In this document: piece after piece, positions 58,897 through 64,000 of the stretch
Layout of the letters: every line of letters begins with the position of its first letter
How positions within the stretch are numbered: position 1 is the stretch's first letter
IMG/VR virus record: IMGVR_UViG_3300045125_000158
Span: 118,618-182,617 of that record
Direction: 5' to 3' (one strand)
Source of the DNA: a virus
Length of the DNA: 64,000 bases
The notes under the pieces: generated by a model
What the model was told of the DNA's origin: nothing
Databases searched by the model: none
The model's input: the letters and a program-made list of their open reading frames with translations, nothing else
Program-made: the position numbers and the translations under genes

Positions 58897-61800
58897 TTAT
58901 ACTCTAAAATATTGTTGTGCTATGCCTTTGCCGAAAGATTCCGCCTGTGACTCAGAAGACTGAAACTGTCCTGTAGGAAATGTAGAGTGATAGTGTCTTT
59001 CGTGTTCGCTTTCGTGCGCTGCTGTTTCGGCTAATTGATTCATAATATAAGCAGATATTTTATTTATTATATTGTTTTTTACATCGGGATCAATTTTTGC
59101 ACCGTCCAATTGCGTTATAGATGGTAATGCTTGATTCTGGATTGAACGTAATATTTTAGATATGTCAACATGAACAATTCCTGGTTCGGAACTTACATCA
59201 AGTCCAATTGCGTCTGCTCTAGATATGGGGCTGGTGTCTATAGTATGCACATTATTTTTTGTAAGAATGGGTTGTATTTTCATCAAAACTTGATTCATCA
59301 ATTGACCGCCTCGTATGCTTACTCCTAGACCAGGAATATTAAACGTTGCAGACATGCCAGAGCCTATGAGCTTGACAGAGCCTGGTTGTTTGAATTGCAC
59401 ATACTGTTGTATTTGCTGCGGCGTAAGCATTTGTGCTTTTTTGAACCAGCCATAAGTTTTTTGCATACTTGCTTCCTTTTGTTCAGTTTTTTGCTCTTGT
59501 GATAATACGTGCAGTTTTTTCATTGCTCTAGTAAGTCCTACATATTTTGCATTTGCTTCCTGCGCTAGCTCTTCTTCAGTTTTTGCAAGTGGGCTTGGGA
59601 AATTTGAGGGATCGAAAAATACACGATCGAATTCCAAGCCTTTAGATCTATGTGCTGTAGTAAATGCTATATATTCATCTGGCGACTGCGATTTAATCAA
59701 ATCCTCTTTATCTGGATCAAACATCATAAACTTGCTTTTCAGGTATTCCAAGAAGTCGAATCCTGTATTTATTTTTTTGCCAGTTTTCTTGTCAGTAAAA
59801 TCATGTTGTTCAAGGTTTTCAATTACCTCTTTGATCAGTTGTTCCATTTTTTCTTTTTCATAGATTTGTGCTTTGAATTTTGCTTGATTACGGTATCTGT
59901 CAGCAAAAAGCTCTATTTGATTGCGAATTCTAAACAATAAATATTCTATATCTATGTTTGCGAGATACCTGCCAGATTTATCTTTTCTTTGACCCATCGG
60001 CGTAGTATTGTCTAATATGAAATTTTTAATATCACTAAACAGGTCTACGCCTATAATCATAAAGTTTACATCGTTTGATAAGCAGCGAAGAGCCTCATCA
60101 GTGAGTGATTTATTCGTTCGTGCAATAAATGCTGTAGACTCAGTAAATTTGCCATTTTCTTTGTATTCAGCAAAAATTGAAGCGAAAGCATCATCAGATT
60201 CTGTACCTTCAGTAACTTCTCCTTCGAAATCTAATCCAGCCACAAGATCTTTAACGTGCGTATTATTTCTTACATATTCTATAATCTTCTTACCACTACG
60301 ATAATTTGTTGGTAAAGTACGAATTACTCCGCCATTAGGCATTGCTTCTATTGCTTTTGCTACATTATTGAAAGATTCAGAATCACTACCTCTGAATCTA
60401 TAGATAGATTGGTTCGGATCGCCAACTGCAACTATTCTAGCACCAGCATCCGATAGTTTCTTAAGCATGATAGATTGACAAGCATTGAAATCTTGCACTT
60501 CATCAGCAAGTACAACGTCGTACTTAGGAAATTGCATGCGGTCATTTATGCTTGTAAACCATAGAGTATCATTATGGTCCCGCATTTTATTTAATTCAGG
60601 AATATTGCATCTTCCTGGAATGCTGTAGTTTAGAGCTTTGTATACTGCTTCTATTATTTGCAATCTATAGTCAGGTAATTCAACTTTAGCTTGACCACCA
60701 AAAAAGTCAGTCTCTTCTTTATGAACTAATTTGGTATTGATTGCATATTTTGTAATCAAATCTGATATTTTATTTCTTGCATCCCCATCAAGAGGCGATA
60801 TTGCGTAATTTTTTGCAAGATTAGACAACATCAAAACTGTTGAATAGGCGAGGCCATGCAGGTTTGCTGGAATTCCAAGATTTTCACCAATGTCAGAATC
60901 GAACATCTTAGAAACAATTGAATTTATTTTGTCATGGATTCGTAATTCGAATGGAAGCTTTTGTGATTCTGGGCTACCCTTTAAGAATGTTGCTGTGCCA
61001 ATATTATAGTCTTTTGCATTGCCCTGAAGTACTTGTCCCAAAAATGAATGGCTTGTCATGACATCAACGCCAGCAGGGAACTTTTCTTTGCTTTCAACTT
61101 GATTCTTTTTATTAAAAACCAAATACAACCATCGTTCATTAGGTTTTTTATAACTTGCGATATGCCTCAATACAGTTGTTTTTCCGCTACCAGCTAAAGC
61201 ATTTATCATTATGTTTTCTTTAGTACCAATAAATGATTGTTCGATTTCTTTTTGATGCGTGCTTATTTTGTCTTCTGGAATTCTTCCTTTAATTACTGTT
61301 TTTTTATTGTCTGCTTTTTGATCTTCTTGCTTCTTGTGTTCTTCTGTTTCTTCTTGCGGGATCTTTTGCCTGTTCTTCTTGTTCAGGAATTTCTTTTTGC
61401 ATATTTGCAAATATGCCAAATAAAGTGAGTGGATTATCTGCTAATATTTTTTGACCATTATCATCAAGGACTGATTTGAAATGTCTTTTCATCATTTCAA
61501 CATCAAGAATTTCCGTGTTTTTATCTTCAGACATAATTAGCCAACTAGTACCAGCTTGATCAACTTTCATACATGCAAAAGGCTTATTGTCTCTATTGCT
61601 TGTTACAAGAACAAAGTTTTTTTGTCCGCCTGGTTGTGGTTTTGGTGCAGGTATATTTGGTTTGATTTCATCTGCTTTCGGCGGCTTGGTGCAGCAGGCT
61701 TGTTTTGTATTTGCGGTATTTGTACAACTAGGGCATCTTCTTGTCCTAATTCCGCATTTTCTAATTTGTTATACTCAGCAACGCTCATGCTGCTTTTGCA

Positions 61801-61956
61801 ATTTTTTGCATGAAAATTTGAACAACCATAAAACTTGTGGCCAGTTGCTTTATTTGTGCGTTCAACCATGGTGCCGCCGCAACCTGGAACTTGGCATTTA
61901 ACAGCTGCAGTTTTTACTAAAGATAAGATTTTTTTCGCAAAATTGAAAGCTTTCAT
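58897..61956 (-). CDS. UvrD/Rep-like SF1 helicase with an N-terminal topoisomerase-type C4 zinc ribbon and a C-terminal HExxH domain (frameshifted in the 5' part)
   Basis: CQVPGCGG...FYGCSNF..C; ALAGSGKT, LADEVQD, VGDPNQSIYRFRG, TNYRS, TAHRSKGLEFD; C-terminal AAHESEH. Confidence 0.85.
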
Positions 61957-62044
61957 AAATTCTCCTGCTTGATACCATATTTAATTTATCTTATTTTACG
62001 CAAAAGTCCTTGATTCAAAAGATATAAATAGTTGTTATTATTAA

Positions 62045-62073
62045 AATAATAAAACCCCTTATGCAGGGGTCTT
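62045..62073 (-). terminator. Rho-independent terminator
   Basis: Minus strand AAGACCCCT-GCATA-AGGGGTTTT followed by a T-rich run. Confidence 0.7.
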
Positions 62074-62183
62074 ATCGTTAGTTTGTAATTTTTGTGATGT
62101 TTCGTTCTATGTTTTAATTTCTGCTTTTGTTTTTTGCAAAATTATTTGTATATCTTTGCAAATAAGAGATTTCAAAAGATCAA

Positions 62184-62480
62184 TTATTTTTGGGATTTGA
62201 TTTCCTCAGCCAACGGTTTTAATTTGGCCATTATTGCATCATAGTTTTTACGCTCTTCTGGCTTGAGTGAATCCATGGGATCCCATTGTAAAAGACCTTT
62301 ACCTTTTAGATCATAAGGTGCATTCATTGCTTGATTTACAAGAGTTGTGGCTGCCACCCCAAGACCAATCAAAGCAGTTGCAACTAGTTTAGGACCGTAT
62401 TTTTTTATAGCATTTGAGAGGCTCTGCATTATCGCTGCCTCTTTTTGCATTTTATATGATGCTGTCTTTATAACAATCAC
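62184..62480 (-). CDS. Hypothetical protein with a hydrophobic segment
   Basis: AAAGGAG RBS and GTG at 62480 giving MIVIKTASYKMQKEAA. Confidence 0.55.
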   Translation of the reverse strand: MIVIKTASYKMQKEAAIMQSLSNAIKKYGPKLVATALIGLGVAATTLVNQAMNAPYDLKGKGLLQWDPMDSLKPEERKNYDAIMAKLKPLAEEIKSQK

Positions 62481-62539
62481 GCTAGCACTCCTTTTTCTAC
62501 AATAATCTTGATAATAGTTATAGGATTTGCACTCGCTAA

Positions 62540-63865
62540 TCAGCAATTCCATTTACGCAGTGCCTTGTTAATTCTGCTATCTGGATCTCTTGCTGTTTTC
62601 TTGCTTGTAAGCTTCTTCTTCATTCCCTTCATTCTAAGCGCAAAAAGACTTACGACGCTTCTTCCTTTTACCAGTTGGATTCTTTTCAGTTACTGGAGCC
62701 TTTAAGGTGTCCGCCAGTTGCTCTGTTATAGCTATCACGACCCTTTTGATTCAAGCCACCCTTTTGTTTTTCCTTCACTGCGTTGCCATGCTGGGGTTTT
62801 CTTGGCTTCTTTGCTCATAGCTGATTTTTGATGCATATAAGTGTCGTAGTCAAAACCTTCCGTTTCATCTAAAGACTCTTCCATGTCGAAATTAGGCATG
62901 TTCACATCGTCTTCAGAATTATACTCTTCGTCTTCTTGCTCATACATGTCCTCATCATGATCATCATAATCTTCATCATCTTCAAAATCATCATCTTCTA
63001 ACTCTTCCTCATCAGAATCTTCATCATAGAAATCGTCTTCATCTTCTTCATCTATGTCATAATCTTCATCCTCATCCATGTCATCATGATCATTCTTCAT
63101 GAAGAGATTTTCATACAAGTTATGGTCAAGATCAAAGTTTTCCGAATCTAGGTCAAAATGCTGTAATACCTCATCAACGTTTTGTTCTGTTATTGGCATT
63201 TCATATGCAAAGTCATGTTGTTTGCCATGGGGATCAACCGCGTGATAAGCAAATTCAACATTTCCCGTTGCATGGTGCTCGCCATCGTCATCCATGCTGT
63301 CGTGATGGTGAAAATCATGATGCGGATGATGACCATGACATTCTTCGCATTCCTCACCCTCTTGATGCTCAAGCTCTTCCTCTTCTTCTTCTCTTGCCCA
63401 ATCATCGAAGCTAAAATTCTCACCCATAGCTGCGTGTTCTGGCTCGTTCAACTCATCTTGTGCCCATTCATCAAAGGTCATTACGCCATCTGCAAGACTG
63501 TCCTCGTGATGCTCTTCTTGTAACTCTTGATTTGCCCAATCTTCAAAACGTTTGACTAGCCGTTTTCTTTGTTTTCTTTTTACCTTTTACAGGAACGCAA
63601 TTAGGTACTTCTTTGCCACCTTTACCTGGTTTGGTTCCAATCATTTTGTAACCTTTCCAACAAGGGTCTTCGGTTTTCATTTTGTTTGCAGCGGTTCGAA
63701 TATCTGCGTTTCGCCTCTTTGTTATCTACTGGCACACATATTTTGGCACTCTCTCGCCCGTTTTTATTTTTTGTCCCGATCATTTTATAACCCTTCCAGC
63801 AGGGGTCTTTGCCTTTCATTTTTAGCAGCTGTTTTGATTGAAAAATAATTTATCATGTTATTCAT
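62540..63865 (-). CDS. Acidic putative internal head protein with a CWKGY motif and C-terminal DUF6321-like domain (frameshifted)
   Basis: MNNMINYFSIKTAAK..DPCWKGYKMIGTKNKNGRE..CVP; D/E-rich middle; AWQRSEGK..GGLNQKGRDSY...KAPV...RRKSFCA.M...ALRKWNC*. Confidence 0.7.
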
Positions 63866-64000
63866 ATAATTCTCCAAAATTTATCTGTGTTCCTTATAAA
63901 TCATACTATACTGTTCGTATATAAACCCAGTAATTATAGAATGCAATTTTTCCTTTTTAATAAAACTAAAAAATTAACATCATTCATATTCGGATAAAGT

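Noticed and set aside
63680-63720. GGTTCGAA T-loop-like motif as a tRNA
   Set aside because: No cloverleaf can be built, and it lies within a coding region. No tRNA genes were found in the window.
197-63865. Dozens of frame breaks as programmed frameshifts or true pseudogenes
   Set aside because: They hit essential genes (capsid, terL, nrdJ) at random positions, often in homopolymers, and single-base changes restore conserved motifs. Long-read error is the simpler explanation.
63867-63895. Promoter-motif match AAGG-N18-AGAATT
   Set aside because: The -10 box would overlap the gene's own GGAG RBS, so it was not counted.

Overview
Segment of a large tailed dsDNA phage genome. Genes lie almost entirely on the minus strand, apart from a small plus-strand island at about 43.4-48.0 kb. 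Many ORFs are broken by single-base indels, usually in homopolymers, which looks like long-read assembly error; genes below were re-joined by eye, so their boundaries are approximate. Left to right: (1) a head module with an HK97-type major capsid gene split by two group I introns that each carry a LAGLIDADG endonuclease, a putative decoration protein, a roughly 7.4-kb prohead protease/scaffold gene with an intein, a portal with an intein and an apparent C-terminal DUF559 nuclease domain, several head-associated hypotheticals, and a large terminase whose Walker A motif holds two inteins back to back; (2) metabolism and regulation genes: dUTPase, class II ribonucleotide reductase with an HNH intein, an HNH nuclease, a macrodomain, a FliA/WhiG-like sigma factor (Planctomycetota-like host is inferred), ThyX-like synthase, a DEDDh exonuclease, lysis candidates and an ABC ATPase; (3) a densely paired non-coding element of about 550 nt at 47.4-48.0 kb; (4) a cluster of large enzymes (SNF2 and UvrD helicases, a J-domain protein) sharing an aromatic...K-x-A peptide motif that may be a capsid-targeting or maturation tag. 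No tRNA or CRISPR array was seen. Most notable are the abutting tandem inteins, the K-x-A tag system and the structured RNA.
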